Below, piece after piece: positions 45,521 through 56,272 of a stretch of DNA of 64,000 bases. The notes below the pieces were generated by a model. That model was not told the DNA's origin, did not search any database, and was given only the letters and a program-made list of their open reading frames with translations. Every line of letters starts with the position of its first letter. The first letter of the stretch is position 1. Where the stretch lies: NCBI GenBank assembly GCA_000146045.2, contig BK006941.2:160001-224000 (forward strand), given 5' to 3'. The translations under genes were made by a program, and so were the position numbers. This DNA is from TPA_inf: Saccharomyces. Taxonomy: Eukaryota.

Positions 45521-45634
45521 GGTTGTTTGGCCGAGCGGTCTAAGGCGCCTGATTCAAGCAATATCTTGACCGCAGTTAACTGTGGGAATACTCAGGTATC
45601 GTAAGATGCAAGAGTTCGAATCTCTTAGCAACCA
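45521..45634 (+). tRNA. tL(CAA): tRNA-Leu (anticodon CAA), 114 nt including a 32-nt intron at 45559..45590
   Basis: GGTTGTTTGGCCGAGCGGTCTAAGGCGCCTGATTCAAG, then the intron, then CTCAGGTATCGTAAGATGCAAGAGTTCGAATCTCTTAGCAACCA. The A box is TGGCCGAGCGG and the B box is GGTTCGAATC. It has a long variable arm typical of Leu. A T6 terminator sits at 45637-45642. Confidence 0.93.
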
Positions 45635-45636
45635 TT

Positions 45637-45642
45637 ATTTTT
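45637..45642 (+). terminator. Pol III terminator (T6) for tRNA-Leu(CAA)
   Basis: A T run 2 nt after the tRNA 3' end. Confidence 0.8.
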
Positions 45643-46087
45643 TATCTTTTTGGTTCTGTGATCAAGCTACCCGCGTTTGAAGCCGACTAAAGACGAGAAA
45701 AATTAGACCTTCATTTTTGCCTGTTTGCTGCATGTAAAAGAATGTTGGTTGAACATGTCGTTTAAGAGAAGAAATCGGGTACGGCGCTCTGGCTTTTAAA
45801 ATTGAAGAAATTGGTGTTCTTCCGGTTAATACTTTGAACTCGGCTTTTCTTAACATGTAATAAAGTTTGTTACATCTCCCATAATTAAGTTTCTGGAACA
45901 CGCATTGTTCTATTTTTAGACGGGAGACCAGAACTTCCTGATATATGACCGCTTTTTAGTGACTACGTATACTTTCTTTCTGCAATTACGTGTAAGAAAA
46001 AATTGATTTTTTATTTTTAAATTCACGGAATTTCAGACTGTGAAAACTTTGTAGTTCCAACTCACTTTGCTATGCAAGAAAATAATG

Positions 46088-46469
46088 AGGGGAAACAAAA
46101 AAAAAATGAGAGCGGAGAAAAGAACAATGCAGCTCAAGTATGAAGAAGAAAGTCACAGCAACGGAAATAAAAATCAAAATTGCGAAAATTGACAATCTTG
46201 ACAATCGAAGCGGAAAAACAATGGAAGGTCCAGATACCTGTTGACCTTAAAAATGCAGAAAAATCGCCTTTATACGGCGACATTGTGAAAAATGACGTTA
46301 AAATCTTGTACATAAAAAAAGGGAATTACAAACTTGTAGTGTTTTTTTTTTTTAGGGGACTTGCATGAAAGTTAAATTTTATAGAAGTAATTAAATAGTC
46401 GATTTCCTTTCCTGTGTGTGACGAATCTAGATTTTTTTCATGTAAGAGACCCCGCCCTGCGGAGAGGGG
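46088..46469 (+). promoter_or_regulatory. Three STRE cores (AGGGG at about 46088, 46354 and 46465) in the 1-kb region upstream of RCK1
   Basis: Simple motif matches. RCK1 is a stress-responsive kinase gene. Confidence 0.3.
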
Positions 46470-47032
46470 CAAACAATTCTAGCAGAAAAAAATCAGTGGA
46501 AAAAAAAAAGAAATTCCGGATATGATAGAATATTTCTTCGAGAAACCTTTTGGATGAGGAGTGCCCTTCCATGAAGAAATTCTTCCTGCATCAGCACCTT
46601 CCCGGCAAGGCATTTCATTTTTTTTTTCCGAGAAGAAGATTTTTAAGTGGGCTACCCCACGCTTTCGGTGCCTATGGTAGCTGCATGATCACACAATGCA
46701 CTCCCATTAAGAGTTTGTGAAGTGCATGAGATTGACATCTCGGCGTCCCTTAGTTTCCTGTCGGATTTTCAGTTATATGGAGTGGGTGAAGTCATTATCC
46801 GAATATTCGCGGATCATTGACGTATAAATACTTCATACTACTTCATACCAGATATTTCCTACATGTTGAAAGTCAATTGAAAAAAATAAATCATCACTTA
46901 ACTCTTTTCCAGTGACACATCGCAAAGATTACTCAAATAATCTTCCTAAAACAATACTACCAGCATCTATTTCATGCAGCACCAAGCACAGAGGCTACAT
47001 ATCATATAAAATAAGTCATCATAGAGAAAAAA

Positions 47033-48571
47033 ATGTCAGTAAACCCAGAATTTATAGCCGATGGCATCGATTTTTATCCAACAACGCCCGATGCCGCGTA
47101 TTTCAATGCCGCTGATGGTAAAAATAAAGTTAACAGGATAAATGGTAACTCAGAAAATTTACACCACTCCTTTGCATCGGGTTGCCGTAGATCATCTCTT
47201 TCAGTCGACTTTAATGTTACCTCGTCCGATTCAGAAAAAAGTGAACAGAGCTGCTTGGAAAACAACTCTCAAGAAGACGAATATTTTTGTGACATTTTTT
47301 CCACTGAATTAAAATTAGATGAAACTTCTAACAAGTCAACCGATTATTCCAGTTCAAATCACCAGTATCCTGAACAACTGGAGTTGCACAATTATAAACT
47401 GCTCAATAAAATTGGTGAAGGGGCATTTTCCAGAGTATTTAAAGCAGTAGGCATCAACACGGATGACCAAGCTCCTGTTGCCATCAAAGCAATCATAAAG
47501 AAAGGCATTTCGAGCGATGCCATCTTAAAAGGGAATGATAGAATCCAAGGTTCCAGCAGAAAGAAAGTCTTAAACGAAGTTGCCATCCACAAACTGGTTT
47601 CGAAAAATAATCCGCATTGTACAAAATTTATCGCATTCCAGGAATCGGCGAACTACTATTACTTAGTGACGGAGTTAGTCACAGGTGGGGAAATATTTGA
47701 TAGGATCGTCCAACTAACATGCTTTAGTGAAGACTTAGCTCGTCATGTCATTACTCAGGTAGCAATTGCAATTAAACATATGCACTACATGGGTATTGTG
47801 CATCGTGATGTCAAACCAGAAAACCTACTATTTGAACCTATCCCATTTTATGGCCTTGATGGGGACATGCAAAAAGAAGACGAGTTTACATTAGGTGTCG
47901 GCGGAGGCGGTATTGGTTTAGTGAAGCTAATGGACTTCGGACTAGCCAAGAAACTTCGGAACAATACCGCAAAAACTCCCTGCGGAACGATAGAATACGT
48001 CGCATCAGAAGTATTCACCTCCAAACGATATTCCATGAAAGTTGATATGTGGAGTATTGGCTGCGTACTATTCACGTTATTGTGTGGATATCCTCCGTTT
48101 TACGAAAAGAACGAAAAAACATTATTGAAGAAAATATCGAGAGGAGATTACGAATTCTTGGCGCCATGGTGGGACAACATAAGTTCTGGCGCTAAGAACG
48201 CAGTTACCCATCTTTTGGAGGTTGACCCAAACAAGAGATACGATATCGATGACTTCCTAAATGATCCTTGGTTAAATTCGTACGATTGTTTGAAGGATTC
48301 AAACTCAAATTCTTATGCCAGCGTGCAAAGCATACTAAATGATTCATTCGATGAGAGAGCAGAGACCCTACATTGTGCATTAAGCTGCCAATCTGAAAAA
48401 CAAGATGACACCGAGTTTTCCAGAAGTGAAAGCTCGGAATACATATTTATGACGGAAGAAGACAGAAACCTACGGGGCAGTTGGATCGGTGAGCCAAAAG
48501 AGTGTTTTACCTTAGACCTTGCAACATCTTCTATATACCGAAGAAGGAAGAACAAGATATTCTTCTGGTAA
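47033..48571 (+). CDS. RCK1: CaMK-like protein kinase Rck1 (oxidative stress and meiosis), 512 aa
   Basis: Kinase motifs [24 protein letters not shown], with a GGGG insertion in the activation segment. It sits in the YGL158W position. Confidence 0.92.
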
Positions 48572-49005
48572 ACTCTTATCCAGTGGAAAACGCACCCAGC
48601 ATATTCGAAAATATATCAACTGTCTCCCCTTTTTATACTAATAATTAATAGCATTCATATTGAAATAATAAAAAAGATACGTTTAATATTTACGCCAGCT
48701 CTCTAGTTACAGTTTCCTAACGCATACGTCATCAATTTGTTAAGATCGGCTTCGCTCTATAAAAATGTCGGCCGAAATTAGCATAGGATTTTCCGCGGTT
48801 CCGACCCCTATCCTAGAAACACGGAAAAACTTGCGAATAATTCCGGAATTTATTCTATGCAACTTTATGAAGACAAATTACTATAAATGAACCGCTCATT
48901 CAGAAAAACTATGTCTCGAGCTCAATGGATCTTACTACATAGTTTATAAAAACAGTAATTGTGCATTGTACAACTGTGCTAAACAGACTTAAAAAAGTAA
49001 TAATT

Positions 49006-50049
49006 ATGACTACTGATACCACTGTTTTCGTTTCTGGCGCAACCGGTTTCATTGCTCTACACATTATGAACGATCTGTTGAAAGCTGGCTATACAGTCAT
49101 CGGCTCAGGTAGATCTCAAGAAAAAAATGATGGCTTGCTCAAAAAATTTAATAACAATCCCAAACTATCGATGGAAATTGTGGAAGATATTGCTGCTCCA
49201 AACGCCTTTGATGAAGTTTTCAAAAAACATGGTAAGGAAATTAAGATTGTGCTACACACTGCCTCCCCATTCCATTTTGAAACTACCAATTTTGAAAAGG
49301 ATTTACTAACCCCTGCAGTGAACGGTACAAAATCTATCTTGGAAGCGATTAAAAAATATGCTGCAGACACTGTTGAAAAAGTTATTGTTACTTCGTCTAC
49401 TGCTGCTCTGGTGACACCTACAGACATGAACAAAGGAGATTTGGTGATCACGGAGGAGAGTTGGAATAAGGATACATGGGACAGTTGTCAAGCCAACGCC
49501 GTTGCCGCATATTGTGGCTCGAAAAAGTTTGCTGAAAAAACTGCTTGGGAATTTCTTAAAGAAAACAAGTCTAGTGTCAAATTCACACTATCCACTATCA
49601 ATCCGGGATTCGTTTTTGGTCCTCAAATGTTTGCAGATTCGCTAAAACATGGCATAAATACCTCCTCAGGGATCGTATCTGAGTTAATTCATTCCAAGGT
49701 AGGTGGAGAATTTTATAATTACTGTGGCCCATTTATTGACGTGCGTGACGTTTCTAAAGCCCACCTAGTTGCAATTGAAAAACCAGAATGTACCGGCCAA
49801 AGATTAGTATTGAGTGAAGGTTTATTCTGCTGTCAAGAAATCGTTGACATCTTGAACGAGGAATTCCCTCAATTAAAGGGCAAGATAGCTACAGGTGAAC
49901 CTGCGACCGGTCCAAGCTTTTTAGAAAAAAACTCTTGCAAGTTTGACAATTCTAAGACAAAAAAACTACTGGGATTCCAGTTTTACAATTTAAAGGATTG
50001 CATAGTTGACACCGCGGCGCAAATGTTAGAAGTTCAAAATGAAGCCTAA
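49006..50049 (+). CDS. ARI1: NADPH-dependent aldehyde reductase Ari1 (short-chain dehydrogenase/reductase, Gre2 family), 347 aa from the first ATG (MTTDTTVF...)
   Basis: Rossmann motif [11 protein letters not shown] with a YxxxK active site ([10 protein letters not shown]). The track start at 48961 is a GTG codon. Confidence 0.9.
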
Positions 50050-50415
50050 GTATCACGCTAATTGAAGTTTTTTTTGATCACTCCAATAGGCAAATCTATA
50101 GATATATAAAAAATATAGACAAGACTTTTTTTTACATTGCCAGTTTTCTTTTTTCCTTTTTAGTATCTATTCAAATGGGCGACCCTATTGTCTAATTTCA
50201 TTAGCTTCATCACAAAAAGTGCCACGAATTCATATAGCGCGAGGGTAATCCCTACCCTAACTCGTTTAAGGGAGACATAGAATGAACTCCGCCATCATGT
50301 GCTCAAGACTAGACGAAGCTATATTAGAAGGACAGGAGGAGGTTTTATTTTAACCAGTTACTTCATTTCTAATATAGAGATTAAGGCTGCAAAAGAGTTT
50401 CAAAAATAATTAATT

Positions 50416-53400
50416 ATGTCATCTGAGGATATCATTTATGATCCTCAGTTCAAACCTGTTCAGGGAATCTACGAGAATAGATTAAGACAATTTATTGATA
50501 CTGGTGGGGATTACCATGACTTAAATTTACCCAAGTTTTATGATAAGAAGCGCATTTCATTAGATCATGATCACGTTAAGGTTTGGTGGTACCAGGTTTC
50601 TTTTGAACGTGGATCTTCCCCTGTTTCCCCTGATAAGAGGCCATCTTGGAAATCTATTATTGAACGTGACAAGAAGGGTGAATTGGAGTTTAGAGAAGCG
50701 AACATAAATCAGCCCTTTGGACCCAGTTGGTCTACCACTTGGTTCAAGGTGAAAATCTCTTTGCCTGAAGATTGGGTTAAATCAAACGAGCAACTACTTT
50801 TCCAATGGGATTGTTCTAACGAAGGAATTGTCATAGACCCAAAGACTCTAATCCCTGTGACTGCTTTTTCAGGTGGTGAAAGGACTGAATATGTTTTACC
50901 GAAAACATCGGATGGGAAACATTTCTTTTACATCGAAGCTGGTAATAATGGTATGTTTGGCTGCGGTGCAGGATCCACTATAAATCCACCAGATGATAAT
51001 AGATTTTTTCATTTGAGAAAAGCTGATATCGTTTGGCCCGATCTAGATGCTCGTGCATTGTATATCGATTTTTGGATGCTAGGGGATGCTGCAAGAGAGC
51101 TACCTGGAGACTCCTGGCAAAAACACCAGGCAAGACAACTAGGCAATGCAGTTATGAATCTTTTTGACCCGAATGATCGTTCAAGTGTTCGTAAATGTCG
51201 TGAATTACTACAAAGGGAATACTTTGACTCCTTTTTAGAAAGCAGTAAGGTTTACGAACAAGGTGAATCTCAAGTTTTAACAAATGTTTATGGTATCGGC
51301 AACTGTCATATAGATACAGCTTGGCTATGGCCATTCGCAGAAACAAGAAGGAAAATTGTGAGATCTTGGTCTTCCCAATGTACTTTAATGGATCGCTTCC
51401 CAGAGTATAAATTTGTTGCTTCACAAGCCCAACAATTTAAATGGTTATTAGAAGATCATCCCGAATTTTTCAATAAAGTGTTAATTCCAAAAATTCAGCA
51501 ATCTCAGTTTTTTGCTGTTGGTGGTACATGGGTTGAGAATGATACCAATATTCCCTCAGGGGAATCGCTGGCAAGGCAATTCTTTTTTGGTCAAAGGTTT
51601 TTCTTGAAGCATTTTGGTCTCAAGTCAAAGATATTTTGGTTACCTGACACCTTTGGTTATTCTTCGCAAATGCCACAACTTTGCCGCTTATCTGGTATTG
51701 ATAAATTTTTGACTCAAAAGCTTTCCTGGAATAACATCAACAGTTTTCCGCATAGCACGTTTAACTGGGCAGGGATTGACGGTTCTCAATTATTGACTCA
51801 CATGCCTCCTGGTAATACGTATACAGCAGATTCACACTTCGGTGATGTTTTGCGTACTGCCAAGCAGAATAAGACACCAGAATATTACGGCTCCGGTTTA
51901 ATGTTGTACGGAAAGGGTGATGGTGGTGGAGGACCAACTGAGGAAATGCTGCAAAAAATGAGGCGTATTAGATCCATGAATAACAGAAATGGTAATGTTA
52001 TTCCAAAGTTACAAGTTGGTATAACGGTTGATGAATTTTATGATGACATTTTGAAAAGGACTAACCAAGGCCATGATTTACCCACATGGAGTGGTGAATT
52101 GTATTTCGAATTTCATAGGGGGACATACACCAGTCAAGCTCAGACCAAAAAATTAATGAGGTTGTCCGAAATTAAACTACATGATTTGGAATGGATAGCT
52201 GCCAAAACATCAGTTTTATATCCCGATTCGTATAAATACCCTTCCAAACAGATTAACGAACTTTGGGAGAATGTTTTGTTATGTCAATTTCACGATGTTC
52301 TACCAGGATCATGTATTGAAATGGTATATAAGTATGAGGCTGTCCCTATGTTGCACAACGTTGTGAAAGAATGTACTTCCTTAATAGACAAAACCGTTCA
52401 ATTTCTTCAGAGTCAGAGTAAGGCAGATTTGGTTGAGATGAGAACATTAACTTGGTCAAAACCAGAAAAGGTTTCTGAGGAGTGCTCGTTGAACGGTAGT
52501 TACACGTCCTCTGTAACCGGGTACGATGACTATATAGTCCTTGCCAATGGGAAGTTGAAAGTTATCATTTGCAAAAAGACTGGGGTGATCACAAGCATTA
52601 CGGATGAAACTTTGGGGGTAGAATACCTGGACACGGAACATGGCAGAAACAAATTGGGCGCCAACCAGTTTGTTATTTATGATGATAAACCTTTGGGCTG
52701 GCAGGCTTGGGATACTGAACTTTATTCCGTCAACCAATACAAGTATGTAACAAAGCCGAAGAAAGTTCAAGTTTCCTGCAACACAAAAGAGAAATGTGCT
52801 GTTGAGGTCATTTTTCAAATTTCCGAAAAATGCAAAATCAAATCAGTGATATCACTCAATGCAACTGCGGTCACTGATGCTAAATTAAGTAAAGTAGACA
52901 TTTCTACGACGGTAGAAAACTGGGATGCTAGAAACAAATTTTTAAAAGTTGAATTTCCCGTTAATATTCGGAACGATTTTGCTTCGTATGAAACTCAATT
53001 CGGGATTACCAAAAGACCAACACATTATAATACCTCATGGGACGTCGCTAAATTTGAGGTTTGCCATCACAAATTTGCTGATTATTCTGAATACAGCAAG
53101 GGTGTTTCAATTTTGAACGATTGCAAATATGGGTTTTCCACACACGGTAACTTGATGAGATTATCATTATTAAGGTCACCAAAGGCTCCGGATGCGCATG
53201 CTGATATGGGTACTCATGAGATAAAATATGCTATCTATCCACATAGAGGAGCACTATCAAGCGACACTGTTAAGCTCGCTCACGAATTCAATTATTGCTT
53301 CAAATACAAACTCCCCAAAGATATTGGCATGAATTTTGATGACATCATAAGCATTTCCGGAGATGAGAATGTCATTTTGTCTAACATAAAAAGAGGCGAA

Positions 53401-53667
53401 GATGATAGTGCTGTCAAGTCCAACTATTCATTAAATCCAAGGGATGAACAAAGTATTGTGGTAAGGGTTTACGAATCTCTTGGCGGGGAATCTTTTGCTT
53501 CACTAAATACCACACTAAATTTGAAGCGTATTGAGAAGGTCGATAACTTGGAGATGAAAGTTTATAAGAGTTTGACAGCAACGCGAGACGAATCAAATCA
53601 TGCAATAAACAGAATTCCCATTAAATTGAGACCTTTTGAGATTGCCTCATTCAGGTTGTATTTCTGA
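50416..53667 (+). CDS. AMS1: Vacuolar alpha-mannosidase Ams1 (GH38), 1083 aa
   Basis: Glycoside hydrolase family 38 N-terminal, central and C-terminal domains, and the characteristic N-terminus MSSEDIIYDPQFKPVQGIYENRLRQF. Confidence 0.95.
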   Translation: MSSEDIIYDPQFKPVQGIYENRLRQFIDTGGDYHDLNLPKFYDKKRISLDHDHVKVWWYQVSFERGSSPVSPDKRPSWKSIIERDKKGELEFREANINQPFGPSWSTTWFKVKISLPEDWVKSNEQLLFQWDCSNEGIVIDPKTLIPVTAFSGGERTEYVLPKTSDGKHFFYIEAGNNGMFGCGAGSTINPPDDNRFFHLRKADIVWPDLDARALYIDFWMLGDAARELPGDSWQKHQARQLGNAVMNLFDPNDRSSVRKCRELLQREYFDSFLESSKVYEQGESQVLTNVYGIGNCHIDTAWLWPFAETRRKIVRSWSSQCTLMDRFPEYKFVASQAQQFKWLLEDHPEFFNKVLIPKIQQSQFFAVGGTWVENDTNIPSGESLARQFFFGQRFFLKHFGLKSKIFWLPDTFGYSSQMPQLCRLSGIDKFLTQKLSWNNINSFPHSTFNWAGIDGSQLLTHMPPGNTYTADSHFGDVLRTAKQNKTPEYYGSGLMLYGKGDGGGGPTEEMLQKMRRIRSMNNRNGNVIPKLQVGITVDEFYDDILKRTNQGHDLPTWSGELYFEFHRGTYTSQAQTKKLMRLSEIKLHDLEWIAAKTSVLYPDSYKYPSKQINELWENVLLCQFHDVLPGSCIEMVYKYEAVPMLHNVVKECTSLIDKTVQFLQSQSKADLVEMRTLTWSKPEKVSEECSLNGSYTSSVTGYDDYIVLANGKLKVIICKKTGVITSITDETLGVEYLDTEHGRNKLGANQFVIYDDKPLGWQAWDTELYSVNQYKYVTKPKKVQVSCNTKEKCAVEVIFQISEKCKIKSVISLNATAVTDAKLSKVDISTTVENWDARNKFLKVEFPVNIRNDFASYETQFGITKRPTHYNTSWDVAKFEVCHHKFADYSEYSKGVSILNDCKYGFSTHGNLMRLSLLRSPKAPDAHADMGTHEIKYAIYPHRGALSSDTVKLAHEFNYCFKYKLPKDIGMNFDDIISISGDENVILSNIKRGEDDSAVKSNYSLNPRDEQSIVVRVYESLGGESFASLNTTLNLKRIEKVDNLEMKVYKSLTATRDESNHAINRIPIKLRPFEIASFRLYF

Positions 53668-54080
53668 GTTTGTCTCCCTCACTGTTTTTTACATTCACTC
53701 ACTCCCAAACTTATGCCATTTCTATCATGATAACCAAAAATAGTCTTAACAAAATACATATAAGTAAATAATGCTAAATAAAAAAGCAAAAAAATAAAAT
53801 TTATATCACACTTGTAAAACCTTTAAATGATCTTCTTTTTTACCTGTTTTATTCACTTGTTTTTTTTTTTCTGAGTTGTTGCGCCTTGGAAGAATGGAAA
53901 AGCAATAGTTTCAGTGACTATAGTATACAATCAAAACACCCGCCAGTTCAAAACTATTACTTGGTCACTAACCCCCAAGTCATCTCTAGCAATTTAAATT
54001 TCAATTTTAAGAAAACCTTTATTTATCCAACGTGAACAAGTACTTTCAAGCACTTCTGCCCACCGCTATATCGTGGAAAA

Positions 54081-55211
54081 ATGTGTCAAGCTACCAATGG
54101 CCCGAGTAGAGTTGTGACTAAAAAGCATAGGAAATTTTTCGAAAGACATCTACAGTTGCTTCCCTCTTCACATCAGGGACATGACGTGAACAGAATGGCG
54201 ATAATATTCTACTCAATCTCAGGACTCTCTATATTTGATGTTAACGTTTCTGCGAAGTACGGCGATCATCTTGGCTGGATGCGCAAACATTATATCAAAA
54301 CAGTGCTGGATGATACAGAAAATACTGTGATATCTGGATTTGTTGGAAGCTTAGTCATGAATATCCCTCACGCAACAACGATTAATCTACCAAATACTCT
54401 CTTTGCATTGTTGTCCATGATTATGCTGAGAGATTACGAGTATTTTGAGACTATACTAGACAAAAGAAGCCTGGCGAGATTTGTTTCTAAGTGCCAACGA
54501 CCTGACCGTGGCTCGTTTGTATCTTGTTTAGACTATAAGACAAATTGTGGATCTTCGGTTGATTCAGACGATTTAAGGTTTTGCTACATCGCAGTTGCCA
54601 TTCTGTACATATGCGGATGCCGATCCAAAGAAGACTTTGATGAATACATTGATACTGAGAAGTTGCTTGGCTATATAATGTCGCAACAATGCTACAACGG
54701 AGCTTTCGGTGCCCACAATGAACCACACTCAGGGTACACATCTTGTGCGCTGTCTACCTTAGCTTTACTCTCTAGTTTGGAAAAGCTATCAGACAAGTTT
54801 AAAGAAGACACCATAACCTGGCTATTACATAGGCAAGTATCAAGCCATGGATGTATGAAATTTGAAAGCGAATTGAATGCCAGCTATGATCAATCTGATG
54901 ATGGCGGTTTCCAGGGAAGGGAGAACAAGTTCGCTGATACGTGTTACGCATTTTGGTGCTTAAATTCACTACACTTACTAACAAAGGATTGGAAAATGCT
55001 ATGCCAAACTGAACTAGTCACAAATTATTTGCTTGATCGAACGCAAAAAACATTAACTGGAGGCTTTAGTAAAAATGACGAAGAAGATGCTGATTTATAT
55101 CACAGCTGTCTAGGGAGCGCTGCGTTAGCATTAATTGAGGGGAAATTTAATGGAGAATTATGCATACCTCAAGAAATATTTAATGATTTTAGTAAAAGGT
55201 GCTGTTTTTGA
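54081..55211 (+). CDS. CDC43: Geranylgeranyltransferase type I beta subunit Cdc43, 376 aa
   Basis: Repeated prenyltransferase alpha-alpha toroid motifs (GGF.G) in the YGL155W position. Confidence 0.92.
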   Translation: MCQATNGPSRVVTKKHRKFFERHLQLLPSSHQGHDVNRMAIIFYSISGLSIFDVNVSAKYGDHLGWMRKHYIKTVLDDTENTVISGFVGSLVMNIPHATTINLPNTLFALLSMIMLRDYEYFETILDKRSLARFVSKCQRPDRGSFVSCLDYKTNCGSSVDSDDLRFCYIAVAILYICGCRSKEDFDEYIDTEKLLGYIMSQQCYNGAFGAHNEPHSGYTSCALSTLALLSSLEKLSDKFKEDTITWLLHRQVSSHGCMKFESELNASYDQSDDGGFQGRENKFADTCYAFWCLNSLHLLTKDWKMLCQTELVTNYLLDRTQKTLTGGFSKNDEEDADLYHSCLGSAALALIEGKFNGELCIPQEIFNDFSKRCCF

Positions 55212-55277
55212 AGTTCAAACAGTAATAAGAGTCTATCGATTACATAAATGTGAGCAAGCGAAAAAAAAAAATTGGCA

Positions 55278-56096
55278 TTATAAACCATCATTTTCGATGA
55301 AATAATCAATCAACGTAGATAAGCTGATATTATATAATTTTGGTCTGTTCGTGTTGATTTTATCACTGATGGACTTTGGCATACAGATAGTGACAATTTC
55401 GTTATTGAACCATTGAGAATGGAAAATCAATGGAACTTCATCCAGAGTTATGCACATAGAAGCTCCCTCAGCCGGAAAAAAGCTGATAGCGCCAAAATCT
55501 ATTAGTGACAAGTCTGTGTTAAGGCCAGTTCCAGTAAATTTTGTATACGACTCCTTCAAGGACCATAAGTAAGTAAATATTGTGCATGGATCAGACGCTT
55601 TCAGTAAACCGTTAAATTCTCTTTCACTAAAAACTTCTTTAAATAGCTCCAACTCTTCCCTCCCGCCATAATTGCACGGAGAAGCGATATCAATTCCGAC
55701 ATCCTGGTATTCATCTGTACTTACACATTTTACGAGGAACATAGCTACATATTGTTCACCGATGGTCATGCTAAATGGAAGAAAACGATTGTTGTCTAAG
55801 AATGGCTTACCGAAGCTGCCCTTGTCAAATTTCAGCTCTTGAAAATTTAAGCCCGTTACTATAGAGCAGCCAAACAACTGCAGCAGCTGGCTGCATAGAT
55901 TTGAACATCTATCGTGAAACGATTTTTTATTGAGGATTCTGGCTTGAGACGCCAATGGCAAAGTTCTCATTAATGCCTCGAACGTAAACTCATCCGCGAG
56001 TATATCCTCTTGAATTTCAACAACGAATATACCTGCCCATGGTCTTACACCTGCCACCTTTGAAACTTCGCTTACTACTTCAGTCGTTTTAACCAT
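55278..56096 (-). CDS. LYS5: 4'-phosphopantetheinyl transferase Lys5 (activates Lys2), 272 aa
   Basis: Sfp-type PPTase motifs (GIDIASP..., WSLKESYTKFTG). Confidence 0.92.
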   Translation of the reverse strand: MVKTTEVVSEVSKVAGVRPWAGIFVVEIQEDILADEFTFEALMRTLPLASQARILNKKSFHDRCSNLCSQLLQLFGCSIVTGLNFQELKFDKGSFGKPFLDNNRFLPFSMTIGEQYVAMFLVKCVSTDEYQDVGIDIASPCNYGGREELELFKEVFSEREFNGLLKASDPCTIFTYLWSLKESYTKFTGTGLNTDLSLIDFGAISFFPAEGASMCITLDEVPLIFHSQWFNNEIVTICMPKSISDKINTNRPKLYNISLSTLIDYFIENDGL

Positions 56097-56272
56097 CCAC
56101 GGTTTTTTTGCTGAGTGATTCTCTTTCTCCTCATTCTCATTTTAGTCATAGCGGTTTTAATAAGCGCCCGAAAGATAATTGTAAAACATATATTCAATGC
56201 TTAAAAATATAAGAAATTGCCCATCAATTTGAAAACTCAAGTAAAACAGAGAAGTTGTAAGGTGAATAAGGA

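Noticed and set aside
46575-46587. GAAGAAATTCTTC near-palindrome as a heat-shock element upstream of RCK1
   Set aside because: The GAA/TTC units are not at the 2-nt spacing that nGAAnnTTCn requires. I kept it only as a note inside the intergenic-island finding.
65-53667. Apparent functional clustering: ATG1 with the autophagy/Cvt cargo gene AMS1, and the DNA repair genes SAE2, RAD54 and INO80
   Set aside because: The genes are 10-50 kb apart and separated by many unrelated genes. Yeast does not organise these pathways into clusters, so this is most likely coincidence.
53668-54080. Possible snoRNA in the AMS1-CDC43 gap
   Set aside because: I found no convincing C/D (RUGAUGA...CUGA with terminal stem) or H/ACA (ACA 3 nt from the end of a hairpin) box arrangement. 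It looks like an ordinary AT-rich terminator/promoter region.
56097-56272. Oleate response element (CGGNNNTNA-N9-12-CCG) in the PEX14 promoter at cggttttaataagcgcccg
   Set aside because: The spacer between the CGG and CCG half-sites is about 13 nt, not the 15-18 the consensus requires, so it does not qualify.
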